A stretch of DNA of 64,000 nucleotides from the human T2T-CHM13v2.0 reference genome, Homo sapiens (GCF_009914755.1 NC_060934.1), one strand, 5' to 3'. Positions 18,503-36,630 are shown, counted from the stretch's first letter. Program-made: numbers and translations. Notes: a model not told the origin generated them from the sequence alone.

Positions 18503-19154
18503 CTGTGACACAGAAAAATTAAAAACATGAAAAGATGAGTTTAACAAGTTAACAGTAATCTGAAGGAAAAAACACTATGGGTTTGTCAAAATTCCTTGTA
18601 GGGAAAAAAAAAAACTGAGGCCATATTGTTTATCTATTTACCTGTTAACACCATTAATGCCCTGAGGTTAGATAATGCAAAAGACCTCTAAAAAAAGGGA
18701 TAGGATGTTAAATGCAAGTTTAAAAATGTTTGTTCTAACTTGCTAACAATTCCTCAAAAGGATCTTTTAATGAGAAACTGTGATATAGAGTAACAAAATG
18801 GGCAGCAGTGGCTCGGGAAACTGCAGACTTGACTTCTAATCTCAGTTCTGCCTCTAAGGAATGACAAGATCTGAACTACTCACCTCCTCAAACTCAATTT
18901 TGTTTTTCCATCTTTCAAATAAGGTCAAAACAGATAACCCAAGTATGACCTGACTGCACTACCATCCGGCGGGGATATCAGGCCAAGAGAGGAGGAAGCT
19001 CAGCAGCTCATCTGGATGTGCCCGGTGTTCGCGGAGGGGTGATAACAGCATTTCTTTCGCTGTGGCCGTGAGCCTTTCACCCGTCCCTGCCCTCAGACTC
19101 TCCAGAGGTGACGTTCCTGTTAGCCTGCGCGCCCACCCCTCAGCTCCAGCTCAC

Positions 19155-19600
19155 CTCTCTCTTCTTAAATTTGTCCCAGACCTTGCACCAGCACACAGAC
19201 TCCGACGGCTTCAGGATACTGTGCCATGATTACACATAATACATAAGCGAACGCGAAACGTGTAAATAATTACTTGGGATAGGAGGGCGGTCAGAGCCAG
19301 CAGGGGCCCTGGTGGTCAGCTAGGCCAGCCCCTTCGCTCCTGCACTCCACGGGCAGAGAGGCCCTTGGGGCCGGTGCAGGAGCCGTCTCCCTCGGGCTCT
19401 CCCAGGGAACGCACACCCAATAAATACAGCACCTAAACAATGAAAGTGCTCAAAACAACCCCAGGCGGCAAGTATTCCTAATATCCGTAATTTACAGAGA
19501 GGAAAACCGAGTCTCCCGTGGATAATTGTGTCTAATTCATTTGTCGCGGACCTGGCGCAGTCGCTCTCCCCCGCAGCCCCGCCTCCTCCCCGCGGGCTCA
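19155..19600 (-). other. ZNF248: ZNF248 putative first exon (5' end approximate)
   Basis: GAG|gtgagc donor at 19154 at the edge of the CpG island; the TSS cannot be fixed from sequence alone. Confidence 0.55.
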
Positions 19601-19974
19601 GGGCACAAAAAGCGCACACGCACACATCAAACGCCATGCGCACGCGCACAACAAACGTCACACGCTACGCACGCGCGTGCTGTCCCCTCCCCGCAGCCAG
19701 TTCCCTCCCCTTCGGGCCAGTGCGCATTGCCTACCCCGTGCTACAGGACTTCGCTGAGCGCCAGGCGCAGGGACTGGACGCATACGGACCCCCGGGAGCC
19801 CCGGAACTCGCGTTCCCACGCCAGACCTCATCCCCTTCTGACAGAGACGCCCTCGTCCCACCGTCGCCGCAGGCGCCAGGGGTCCCTCCCCACCGCCGAG
19901 GTCTAGCCGCCGCCCGCCCGCCTTCAGGGCAGCGCGGGGACCCCCTGGCCCTCGCCCAGTGCTCCGGGGCTCAC

Positions 19975-20075
19975 CCGCCGCTCCTCGCCGCCTCCGGAGG
20001 CGAGGGATTGTTTCCCACAAGGGACTGGAGTCCAGGGAAGGACTCGCCTGGAGCGGGAGGCGGGGATGCACATGC
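19975..20075 (-). other. ZNF248: ZNF248 putative alternative first exon
   Basis: CGG|gtgagc donor at 19974 inside the CpG island, next to an NRF1-like motif at 20067-20078. Confidence 0.45.
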
Positions 20076-21064
20076 GCAGAGGGAGAGGCCGAGCGCCCGA
20101 GTTAGGCTGGTGGATGCGATGCGGGGCTTGGAAGCGGCGCTAGACGGTGCCTGTCAGCTCTGGCCGCAACCCTCAGTTGTAAAATGAGGCTGATAGTGCC
20201 TACCTAGCAGGGGTTTTATGAGAATTGGAGGCGCTTACGTTGTAAAAGCATTTAAACCGGTGTCTGACACATAAATTGTTCAGTATATTTCTCACAATTA
20301 TATATCATGCTGGTCATCATAAGGCTCTCCTGCAAAACAGCCTTGTATAGTGGGTTGAGAGATTACTGTCTCAGTTACCCACTCCTGCTTGGAACCAGGA
20401 TTCTGTCAGTGTCCCCAGAGGTTGTGGATCAAATCAATGTGCCTGTTAGACACAAGCCAAGAGAAGGAAAGGTGTGCTTGAATTCATTCACGATCATGCA
20501 TGGTAACGTTTAACTGAAAGACTGGAAGAGAAAACTAAAATCTGTGACCAGTATGGTTATTCTCTGGAATAAGGAAAAACAGAAGCTAGCAATTCAAGAC
20601 CCAAACATAAAATTGTTTATATGTTTAAAAAAAAAAAAGCCGTTTGAGTAACAAATTTGAAGAAGAAAGCACGCACTCATTTCCCAAAACCAACCATACT
20701 TTACCCAGAACTACACTACACGTACATTCTTTTACGTGCACATCTGGCATTTTCAGCACACTATGAGCATGTGCGTGTGTTACAACTTTTCATTTAAAAA
20801 ATCAACTCCTGGGTCATTGTCCACTTTTTTAAACTTTTCATTTGCTCATAATTTCAGATTTACAGAAGAGTTGCAAAATAGTTCCTATATGCCTTTCACC
20901 CAGATTCCACTAGTGTTAGTATTTTACATGACCATGGTATATTTATCAAAACTAAGAAAATAACATAGGTACAAGTACTATTAACTGAACTGCAGAGTTT
21001 ATTCAGACTTAAGCAGTTCTTCCACTAATGCCCTTTTTCTGTTCCAGCAACCAATCAAGGATAT

Positions 21065-21822
21065 TGTCACCGGGGGTCCTTGCTCCCAGAGCTCCCAAGA
21101 TGGTGGTGGGCTGCTTCCGAGATGGGGGCAAGCCTCATGTTCTCTGACCTGGGGTTCTTGGCCTCATGGATTACAAGGAATGGAATTTTGGGCTATGTGG
21201 TGAGTGTTATAGCTCAATTAGAAGCCGTGGGTCACGGAAGAGAACTGTGGAACCCAGTGACTAGTGTTCAGCTCGATTAGGACCAACCTGGGACTTAGCT
21301 GTGCAGGAACAATGGCAAGCCTTTAGCCCAACTTGGGAGCAGCAATGGGCACCTCGCTGGATCAGGAGCACAGCGGACACCCTGCCAGATCCGGAGGGAT
21401 GGAAGTCAGCGGCGGGTCTGCGAAGGCCGCAAACAGCAGCGGTGGACAGCGAGCGAAAGCTCAGCTCAAGCCGTAACAAACACGGACCAGAAGAGAGTGC
21501 AGTTGCAAGATTTAATAGAATGAAAACACAGCTCCCATGCAAAGGGAGGGGACCCAAAGTGGGTAGCTGTTGCCGGCTCCAATGCCTGGGTTTCTATCCC
21601 GATCATTGTCCCTCCCGCTGTGCTCTTAGGCAATAGATGATTGGCTATTTCTTTACCTACTGTTTTTGCCTAATTAGCATTTTAGTTAGTTCTCTTTACT
21701 ACCTGATTGGTCGGATGTGAGCTAAGTGCAAGCCCCTTGTTTAAATGTGGATGCAGTCAACTTCTCAGCTAAGCTTAGGGATTCTTAGTCGGCCTAGGAA
21801 ATCCAGCTAGTCCTGTCTCTCA
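21065..21822 (-). mobile_element. Solo HERV-W LTR (LTR17), complete
   Basis: Reverse complement begins TGAGAGACAGGACTAGCTGGATTTCCTAGGCCGACTAAGAATCCC and ends ...GGACCCCCGGTGACA; 4-bp TSD ATAT/GTAT; nested in an old L1MC. Confidence 0.9.
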
Positions 21823-21999
21823 GTATCACAGTACATTTACTTGTCATGTCTTAGCCTTGGCCAGTTTGTAATAGTTTCTTGCTCCTACCTTGTCTTTCAT
21901 GACCTTGCTATGAAGATGAAAGCACGCTCTCTTGACTTCAGTCCTCCCACCTTGGCTTCCCAAAGTGCTTGGGATTACAGGCATGAGCAACCACACCCA

Positions 22000-22701
22000 G
22001 CCTATAGTTTAACTTTAAAACAAGAACGATAATGATCCCTTCCTGAAACTAACCCCCTCCTTGTTTGGGGACAAAAACCGTTTTTGTAAAACTAGTGGAA
22101 GTCCACAAGTTTAGAATTTTGGTAGGAACCTGAATTCTGTAAGATGCAGGCATAAACTCTAACCAGTTTTTGCTTTTATAATCTGCCTTTTTGTAACTGC
22201 TTACTACTCCAGAGTCACATAGCCAGTGGTCACAAGATTTATAACATCTCCAATTGTCACTATAGATAATGTCACTATTGTAAAACCTAAAACTAGTGTT
22301 TGAGTTATTTTTCAGACTTTACATTCTGATGGACCAACTGGTGCCACTGGGACCAGTAACCCATAGCAAAAAATGGACTCAGTTGATCCTGTGACCCCCT
22401 TCAAGAACCGATTCAACACAAGAAGACAGTTTCAACAGCCCTATGATTTCATCCCTGACCCAGCCAATCACCATTCCCCATTCTCTAGCCTCCTGATGGG
22501 CAGGAGGCTAGAGAGGTTCAAAGTTTTTCATCCTTGAAAGACTGTAGCCTCCAAATTCTCAGGAAGGCAGATTTGAGAATTATCTCTTATACTTGCTTGG
22601 CCACCCTGCAATTATTAAACTCTTTTTCTGCTGCAATCCTGTCGTTCTCAGTTTATTGGCTTTTTTCTAGGCAGCAGCCAAGAAGAACCCACATGGTAAC
22701 A
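22000..22701 (+). mobile_element. LTR8-family (ERV1) LTR, 5' part missing
   Basis: GATTTCATCCCTGACCCAGCCAATCA, ATTAAA and a terminal TAACA resemble LTR8A/B. Confidence 0.6.
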
Positions 22702-22832
22702 TTCTCCTGATTAGACTGAGGTTGTGAGTTTTTAGGAAGCACCCCACAAACAGGTTGTGGCTTTCTCATAGTGTGATATCAGATGGCATGATATCAACAT
22801 GACTTTTTACTGGTTAATTGACCATGATTACA

Positions 22833-23220
22833 TGTATTAAATTAACTGAAATTTGTCCTGAGGCTGCCTCCCTACCTTTAGGGCCGATGTAAGGACTGCA
22901 ACCTACCTTGGTATGTAAACAAACAAAGCATAGCTTGTTAAACTTTTATAGCTGGCTGAGTCAGCCAGTTACAGAAGCTGAGCTAAAGCCAGTTACAGGC
23001 TGCCAACTAATCAGACCATTTCCAAATAAGGCCAAAGTTGAGCTGTAACCAGTCAAGCTGTTTCTGTAGAGCACTTCTGTTTTCTGTCTGTAAATACTCC
23101 CTGCCCACTTTATAGAATTCTCTGAACCTCTTCTAGTTCTGAGTATTGTCTGATTCAAGAATCTTTCTTTGCTGAAATGAACTCGGCTAAACTTAATTTT
23201 CTAAAATTTGTCTTTTAACA
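22833..23220 (+). mobile_element. MER57-family LTR
   Basis: TG...CA ends; GAGCTGTAACCAGTCAAGCTGTTTCTG core. Confidence 0.6.
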
Positions 23221-23505
23221 CTTGGTTAAGGTGGTGTCTGATAGGTTTCTCCCTATTTTTCCCTTTCCAGTCTATATACAGAAGTGGGTCTACATGTCCA
23301 GCCCACACTCAAGGGGAAAGGAAATAAGCTCCATTTTAAATTTGTGGTTATATTTTTAAATTACCACACTGATTAGTAAATTCAGGGAGAGATTCTTTGA
23401 GACTATGCAAATACCCTATTTCTACTTTTCTACTGATTTTAGTTATCATTGGTGGATCTTGGCTGCAACCATTACTACTGTGGTGTTCCAAATGGTGATT
23501 TGTTG

Positions 23506-23915
23506 TGTGAACTCTGAAAACTTGAGACAGGTCTCAGTTATTAGAAAGTTTGTTTGCGGCCGGGCGCTATGGCTCACGCCTGTAATCCCAGCACTTTGGG
23601 AAGCCAAGGCGGGTGGATCATGAGGTCAGGAGTTCAAGACCAGCCTGACACTCTGTCTTAAAAAAAAAAAAAGAAAGTTTGTTTTGCCAAGGTTGAGGAT
23701 GCAGGCCTGTGACACAGCCTCAGAAGGTCCTGACATGTGCCCAAGATGGTCAGAGCACAGCTTGGTTTTATACATTTCAAGGAAACATGAGACATCAATT
23801 AACATATGTAAAATGAACATTGGTTCTGTCCAAAAAGGCGGCAAAAGCGGGACAACTGAAAGCAGGGAGGGTGCTTCCACGTCAAAGGTAGGTAAAAGAC
23901 AAATGGTTGCATTTT
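23506..23915 (-). mobile_element. MER4A1-like LTR fragment with an internally deleted Alu (23558-23672)
   Basis: TGTGAAC...GAGACAGGTCTCAGTTA...CCAAGGTTGAGGA; Alu TSD AGAAAGTTTGTTT(T)GC. Confidence 0.65.
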
Positions 23916-24359
23916 GTTGTCGTTGTTGTTATTGTTGTTGTTGTTGAGACAGAATCTCACTGTCATCACCCAGGCTAGAGTGCAGTGGCGCAACCTCGTC
24001 CTACTGCAAACCTCCGCCTCCCGGGTTCAAGCTGTTCTCCTGCCTCAGCCTCGTGAGTAGCTGGGATTACAGGCACCTGCGACCATGCCTGGCTAATTTT
24101 TGTACTTTTAGTAGGGACGGAATTTCACCATATTGGCCAGGCTGGTCTCAAACTCCTGACCTCAGGTGATCCACCCGCCTCAGCCTCCCAAAGTACTGGG
24201 ATTACAGGTGTGAGCCACTGCACCCAACCTTCATTCCCTTTTTTTCTCTACACAGTATCTCCTCACAGAGCAAGAAGTTTCAATTTTAATAAAGTCCAAT
24301 TTAGTAATTTTTTTTATAAATTGTGATGTTTGTATACAATTTAAAAACTCTTTGCCTAA

Positions 24360-24756
<397 letters not shown>

Positions 24757-24964
24757 TGATCCGCCTGCCTCGGCCTCCCAAAGTGCTGGGATTACAGGCA
24801 TGAGCCACCGCGCCCAGCCTGCATATGTATGTTTAAATGTTCCAGTACCATTTGTTAAAAAGACTATCCTTTCTCTACTGAATTGTCTTTGCACCTGTGT
24901 CAAAAATCAAATGACCACATTTGTGCGGGTTTATTCCTGTGCTTTCTATTTATTCCGTTGATCT

Positions 24965-26965
<2,001 letters not shown>

Positions 26966-27233
26966 TAGTCTAGAACTCCTGACCTCATGATCGGCCCACC
27001 TCAGCCTCCCAAAGTGCTGGGATTACAGGTGTGAGCCACTGCACCCAGCCTGCCTTACATATTCTTGTTTGAACTTACAATTTTGATTTTAAAACATGCT
27101 GTGGAAAACCACCCGCAACTGTGAGTTAGTACATCCACATCCATACTTTTAATGGTGATCTACTGCTCTATCATAATTTGTCTTTGCATTGCTTTCAATT
27201 GTTTGTTGTTATGAACTCATTTGCAAGGTATAT

Positions 27234-27530
27234 GTGATGGTTAATTTTATGTATTAATTTCGTTAGACTACAGTGTTCAGATAGTTGGTCAACATTAGTC
27301 TGGATGTTTCTGTGAAGGTGTTTTTGGATAAAATTAACATTTAAATTGGTGAACGTTGAATAGAAAAGATTAACAAAGACTGACCTCCCCTAAGCAAGAG
27401 AGCATTCTGCCAGTGGACTGCACGGTGACTCAGACTGCAACTCTTCCCTGCTGGCCGACCCTGCAGATTTTTGAACCAAGGAAGCCTTCATATTTATGTA
27501 AGCCTTTTCTCTGACAACTGACTAATGTAT
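27234..27530 (+). mobile_element. MLT2 (ERVL) LTR fragment
   Basis: TGTGATGGTTAATTTTATGT...CTGGATGTTTCTGTGAAGGTGTTTTTGGAT. Confidence 0.65.
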
Positions 27531-27925
27531 AGAATCACTTGACAATTATTTTATTGGGATTATTTTAACTGTAAGATTGCTAAAGAATATTCTCATTTTG
27601 AAGTATGACACCAAGAAGCTTCTAGAAAGTTTACACAACTTAATACAATTTGATAGAAGTAAACATTTTTTCCCACATCTACATCAAGCTTGAATATTTC
27701 CTAGTATTTAAATTAAGCTTTTCATATAACTTTTAAAATGATTTCCAGTCTTAGATGTCATAATGGTATATTATGTGATATTTTAAATATCTTCATTTCT
27801 TTTATTTTTCGCAATATACTTTTGACTGGGAATATGGTTTGGATCTGTGTCCCCACCAAATCTCCTGTTGAATTGTAACCCCGAATGTTGGAAGTGGGGC
27901 CTATTGGGAAGTGATTGGATCATGG

Positions 27926-28270
27926 TGAGGGAAGAGAGAGAGAGACCCTCTCATATTGTTTTATATTGTTTTATACTCAGTACCTGTTTTAAGAAAAAAA
28001 CAAGGAAGTGAAACCAAAGGCAGGCGGCCCGGCGCCAGGCACCAGACCCAAAACCAGACCTGAAACCAGGCCTGGGCCTGCCTGGCCTAAACCAAGTAGT
28101 TAAAAATCAACTCATGACTTAGCAACCGATGTTATCCATAGATTCCAGACATTGTGTGGAAGAACACTGTGAAACTCCCTGCTCTGTTCTGTTTCACTCT
28201 GACTACCGGTGCATGAAGCCCCTGTCACGTACCCCCTAGATTGCTCAATCACGACCCTTTCATGTGAAAT
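27926..28270 (+). mobile_element. LTR2B (HERV-E) LTR, 3'-truncated, inserted in an MST fragment (about 27830-27925)
   Basis: TGAGGGAAGAGAGAG...ACCCTCTCATATTGTTTTATATTG...; similarity stops abruptly at CATGTGAAAT. Confidence 0.8.
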
Positions 28271-29447
28271 AAGACATCTTGAGGAACAAGATCCATGTGG
28301 AAAAGAATCACTCCAAATCGGAGTTTCTGAGCAGAGGCAATAGCTCCCAGAAAGGAGCAGATACTAGATTTGCACACAAGGCTCAGAATAAGTAAGATTT
28401 GGATGATGTTGCCACATCCAGAAGACAGGCCACAGAGAAGGTCTGCACCAGATTTCAAAAGAGAGTAGGAAAGTGGGCTGAGAGGAATGAAGGAGGGTTA
28501 GGCCATGCAGGAAATATAGCTTCACTGGAGGAGTTTGGGAGATGTGCTGTGGGTAAAGTTGTTTTAGAGCTAGAGCTGAGCATATTCTGTCTTCACCAAT
28601 CCCAGTATAGCCCCCACTCTTTTTTCACTCCCTCTTCCCAGATCCCAAGATCTTTGCACTCCATGAATCTGGCATCTAAAGATATGCTGATGAATTCCTT
28701 TCTTCTGACATTGTACGACAGTAGTACAAGAAAGGTTTTCTGTTTGTCTTGTTTGAGCTTGGGAAAAATTGGCCCTGAGAGTGTAAGTGAATTTCCCTGG
28801 CTTTGTGTTAGTGGCAGAGCTGAGAGTAGACGTTGAGTCTCCTCACACCCAGGCCGGTGCTAATCACATTATCACTGTTAAAACAGACATCTTTAAAAGG
28901 CAGTCTTTTGAGAAACTACATATACTGTAGAAAAACAGCTTAAGTGACCTTACCTTAAAGTGCCTCCAATCCTTCTTTCATAGCTTTGGTTGAGTTCTTT
29001 TAACTTAAGGAGTAAAACGAGGAAAAAAAATCCGTGTTCGATGAAACTTCTGATGAAGGCTTACATAGCTTTACTGCATTTAGTGTGTTGTGATTTGTTT
29101 AATCATTTTTGTTATAATTGTTTTATTTCTTTGAGAACACAAAGTGGTACACATGTTTTAAAAAATCAGCCGAAAACAGTTATATCCACTCAGTAAAAAA
29201 AAAAAGGACACATCCAAGCTCCATGTGATCATGTAACTGTCACCAATATACACGTGGGTGCATCTTGATGGGTTTCTTCCTGCCTCTTCTCCAGGTTGAA
29301 AGGGATGTTCTCCCACAGAGAGACGTTTTACCAACCCCCCTACCCCCCGCCCAGTGATGTTTGCAGTTTTTTAAGTAGGCAAATCCAAAGCATTTCATAT
29401 TTCTAGTGACTTGCTTCATTTTTTTTTTATCCCAGGTAAACCTTCAG

Positions 29448-29494
29448 AGATTTCTACATTATTCCAGGATCAGCATAAAATGAAGAAATCCTAT
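29448..29494 (+). pseudogene. ATG exon of the KRAB-ZNF pseudogene (MKKSY, 29480-29494)
   Basis: cagcataaaATGAAGAAATCCTAT|GTGAGT parallels ZNF248 aaaATGAACAAATCCCAG|GTGAG; phase 0; exon start at 29448 or alternatively 29436. Confidence 0.7.
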
Positions 29495-29779
29495 GTGAGT
29501 TGATGAAGTAATTCTGTACTTTGCTTTACAGTGGATCTTAGCAGGTTGACCCTTATACTCAAATTGGAAAAGTCGAAATAGATACAATGAACTTCAAAGA
29601 AACAGGGTTAACACAATGATTCTCAAATGTCAGTGTGCATAAAAGTAACCTGGAAAGTTTATTAAAACAGAACAGGGCCTGAGAATTTTCATTTTTAACA
29701 AGATTACAGGCGATGATGCTAGGGTTCAGGTCTATAGGCCAATAGCATTGGAATAGCAGATCACAAGGGCAAAGTTGGC

Positions 29780-29952
29780 ATATATATGTCACATATATAT
29801 GTGTATGTATATATGTGTATATATACACCTATCTGTGTGTATATTGTGTATATATATGCAATATATATATACACATACACAGGTATTGATATCTGTATAT
29901 ATGTGTATATATCTCTATATGTGTATATATTGATATATATACACACACACAT
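29780..29952. repeat. (TA/TG/CA)n simple repeat
   Basis: Directly visible. Confidence 0.85.
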
Positions 29953-30090
29953 CATGTGGAGTTAGTTATGAGATTTGAATTGCAAATATTTCTGACCTTT
30001 CTGGTAACTATGGCAAAGAGAGATGATCTGTTAATGGCTTTCATTGCTGATGAGAATGATGCTACCTGGTTCCTTTTGGTACATATGTGA

Positions 30091-30278
<188 letters not shown>

Positions 30279-30849
30279 TGAGTGCCACAGTGCCTGGCTG
30301 ATTTTTTGTATTTTTAGAAGAGACGGGGTTTCACCATGCTGGCCAGGCTGGTCTTGAGCTCCTGACCTCGTGCTCTGCCCACCTCGGCCTCCCAAAGTGC
30401 TGGGATTACAGGTGTGAGCCACCGTGCCTGGCCTTTCTTTTGCTTTTTATACAATGATGGACAGCCTTCTGGTGGCAACCATGAAATAAACACCTGTAAT
30501 TATTCTTTAGTGAAAGCAAAAAGCAAGGTACTCAGCCACACTGAATTAATGAAGTTTTTTAGGGACCATGTTACTAGAGACCATGTAAATGGCTTTCAGT
30601 TAGTCTTGTTTTTTTTTTTTGTTTTTTTTTTCTGGATAAAACTTTAAACATATAGAGAATAAATTGATGGTATGTCTTTAAAATAACTTTCCAAAATTCT
30701 TAAGTCGCTTAATCTGTAGAATATTCAGTTAAGAGATTATTTTCTGGCAAATGTTTCTGCACTTAATTAAATTTTCAACCCATGCTTCATGCAGAATGGA
30801 TTATTTCCTACCATTTGTTGGACTTTTGTCTGTAAACATCACCAATGAT

Positions 30850-33250
<2,401 letters not shown>

Positions 33251-33669
33251 AACAGAGGTGAAAGATTAGGGCCTTCTCAGGTCTTTTCTGAGCATGGGCC
33301 TTGTCCTAGATTGCTGTGTCATCATCTGGATTCCCAGGAGTATATAGAAGCTTTTCCAAAGCCCAAAAGCATCTCATTCTTCCTCCCAGGCTTATTTTTA
33401 TGTATCTGTTGTTCACCCCAACTAATATCCTTTGCCCCAAAGGCCACAGCTGGTTCATTTACCTTTAAATGATTTCAATAGGTGCCTGCCACATTGTCAT
33501 TTCTCTGTCTGAGAGTTCTTAGCACTGTGTGTTACTCTTTCGGCCACCACCAGACAGAGCAAAACAGTCAACCCCAATTGTTTGAGAACCAGCTCTATTC
33601 TGCTCCTTCAAGCACTGGGAACTCATACCAGGAATACGGGATTTCATCTTAAGGACTGTTACTGAGTCA

Positions 33670-35342
33670 GTGTTATGGGTTGAATTGTGCCTCCTGCAAA
33701 TTTCACTCATTGTAGGCTCCACCCACAGTACCTCAGAACATTGCCTTATTTGGAGATAGATTATTTACAGAGATAATAAAGTTAAAGTGAAGTCATGAGG
33801 GTGGGCCCTCATCTAATATGACTGGTGTATTAATTAGTCCATTCTTGCACTGCTATAAAGAAACACCTGAAACTGGGTAATTTATAAAGAAAAGAGGTTT
33901 AATTGGCTCATAGTTCTGCAGGTTGTACGGGTAGCATGACTGGGGAGACCGCAGGAAACTTACAACCATGGAAGAAGGCAAAGAGGAAAGAGGCACATCT
34001 TGCATGGCCAGAGCAGGAGGAAGAGAGTGAAGGGGGAGGTGCTACACGCTTTTAAAAACAGCCAGATCTTGTGAGAACTCACTATCATGAGAACAGCAAG
34101 CAGGAAATCCGCCTTCATGATCCAGTCATCTCCCACCAGCCCCTTCTTTCAACATTGGAGATTACAGTTTGACATGATATTTAGGCGGGGACCCAAATTC
34201 AAACCATATCAATTGTTGTCCTTTTAAAAGGGAAATTTGGACACAGAGAGATGTACAGAAGGAAGACCATGTGAAGACATGGGGAAGGTGGCTGTTTACC
34301 AGCCAAGGAGAGAATCCTAGAACAGAACCTTCCTTCAGAGCTTTCAGAAGGAAGCAGCCCTCCTGACACCTCGACTTTGGACTTCTAGCCTCCAGACTGT
34401 GAGAAAATACATTTCTGTCATTCAAGCTGCCCGGTCTCTGGTACTTTATTATGACAGCGCTAGCAAACTCATACAGCTTGTGAGGGGGATGGGGCGAAGG
34501 TGAGTTAAAACAACATAGATCTTTCCTACCAGGTTTCAGCTGCCATTCTCCTGATTAAGATTTGCTTACTTGCTGTAAACCTTTGTCTATATTCCAGAAT
34601 TCTAATAAAGCTGCTCTGACTTTTTTTTCCCGTATTTCTGTGGAGGGATGGACCCTGGGCGTTCCCCTCTCTGCCATTTTCCCAGACTGTGGTCTGTCAC
34701 CAGTATTTTGCAGGTTTTGAGTTAGTTGACCTTTCTGCAGCACCTGACCCTACTGCCTGTTTTCTGCACAGCCTGTGCTGCTGGTTCCTGTGGCGCCACA
34801 CCACCCTCTTCTCTTACCTTCCTTCTAATGACATCTCATTCAAGGAATCTTTTCAACCTCGTGGTAAATAACATATCCCCCATGTATTGGTTTCCTGTTT
34901 CTGAATGTAACAAATTATCACAAATGTAGTAGCATAAACCACACATTTATTATCTTAGCGTTCTGGAAATCAGGAGTCTGCAATTAGTCATATGGCTAAA
35001 ATCAAGGTGGTGGCGGGACTGGTACCTTCTGGAGGCTGTGAAGGGAGAATCTGTTTTCTTGCTTATTTCAGGTTATCATGGCCCCTTCCATTTTCAAAGC
35101 ACGTGATGACTTCAGTCAGCCTTTGTCTGTAAAATGCCTTCTCATCTGTAGTCAGATGTCCCTCTGACTCTATAAAGACATGTGATTACATTTATGGCCA
35201 ACCTGGATAATCCAGGACAATCTCCCCTTTTCAAGTTTCATAATCACATCTGCAAAGTCCTTTTTGCCATTTATAGTCATAGTCACAGGTTCCAGGGATT
35301 AGGACGTGGATATCTGTGGGGCCATTGTTCAGCCCACCACAT
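33670..35342. mobile_element. MLT1 LTRs (33670-34475 with nested MST 33827-34210; 34884-35342)
   Basis: MaLR consensus motifs. Confidence 0.65.
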
Positions 35343-35960
35343 CTGGGTTTTGATCCTTGACTCCCTGTTCCATCCTATTTACATACATGCATTGGATTCT
35401 TACTCTCTTTGTATAAGTACGTGGAGATGTATGTTTGTATCATGGAAGAGTATATATTTTTGTTTATTATGTTTTTTAGAATTATATAGCCCATCTCATT
35501 TGGTATATATGTTACTACAGCTTGTAAAAAAAAATTAATATTGCACAGAAGATCTATCCAAGTTGATTAGTTTATTCCTTTTTATTCCATATATTCTGAG
35601 ACCATACTGCATTTATCCATTTTTTCATTGAAAGGCATTTAGGTCATTTCCGTTTTTCCTTATTGTGTGTAATACTTCAGTAAACATCCTTTACTTTGTC
35701 TGCATAAAGAGAAAGGATTTCCAGGCTGGGCACAGTGGCCTATGCCTGTAATCCCAGCACTTCGAGAGGCCAAAGTGGGAGGATTGCTTGAGCCCAGGAG
35801 TCTTTGACCAGCCTGGGTAACATAGGGCGACCCTGTCTCTACAAAAAAAAAATTTTACTTACCTGGGCATGGTGGTGCATGCTTCCAGTCCCAGCTAATC
35901 AGGAGTCTGAGGCAAGAGGACTGCTTGAGCCCAGGAGTTCAAGGCTGCAGTGAGTTATGA

Positions 35961-36359
<399 letters not shown>

Positions 36360-36630
36360 TGAGCCACTGCACCTGGCCGAGAGTACCATTTTCTTTATCT
36401 TCTTCCTAGCAATTAATATAGTCATATTTTAAAATTATGGCCAATCTGGTGGATAAAGAAAATCTCACTGTTTTGATTTCAATTTCTCTGATTGTAGGGT
36501 TGAGCCTTTCAGTTTTCTTTTGTTCATATACCTTACGTACTTTTCTATTGATTTTGTTCTATATTTCTTACTAATTTATAAATTTGAAATCCTTTATAGT
36601 AATCTTTGTGTTATTTTTCTTTTTTTATGA

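Larger units (their letters stand above)
18960..20170. promoter_or_regulatory. CpG-island promoter of ZNF248, possibly bidirectional
   Basis: GC- and CpG-rich block in otherwise AT-rich DNA; NRF1-type motifs TGCGCACGCGCA (19637-19648) and TGCACATGCGCA (20067-20078); lies just upstream of the ZNF248 5' exons. Confidence 0.88.

Noticed and set aside
19528-20187. 219-aa ORF and overlapping ORFs in the CpG island
   Set aside because: Non-ATG start, stop-poor GC-rich DNA, Pro/Ala/Arg-rich with no recognisable domain.
28399-28836. 145-aa ORF in unique sequence
   Set aside because: TTG start, no motif, and no splice support.
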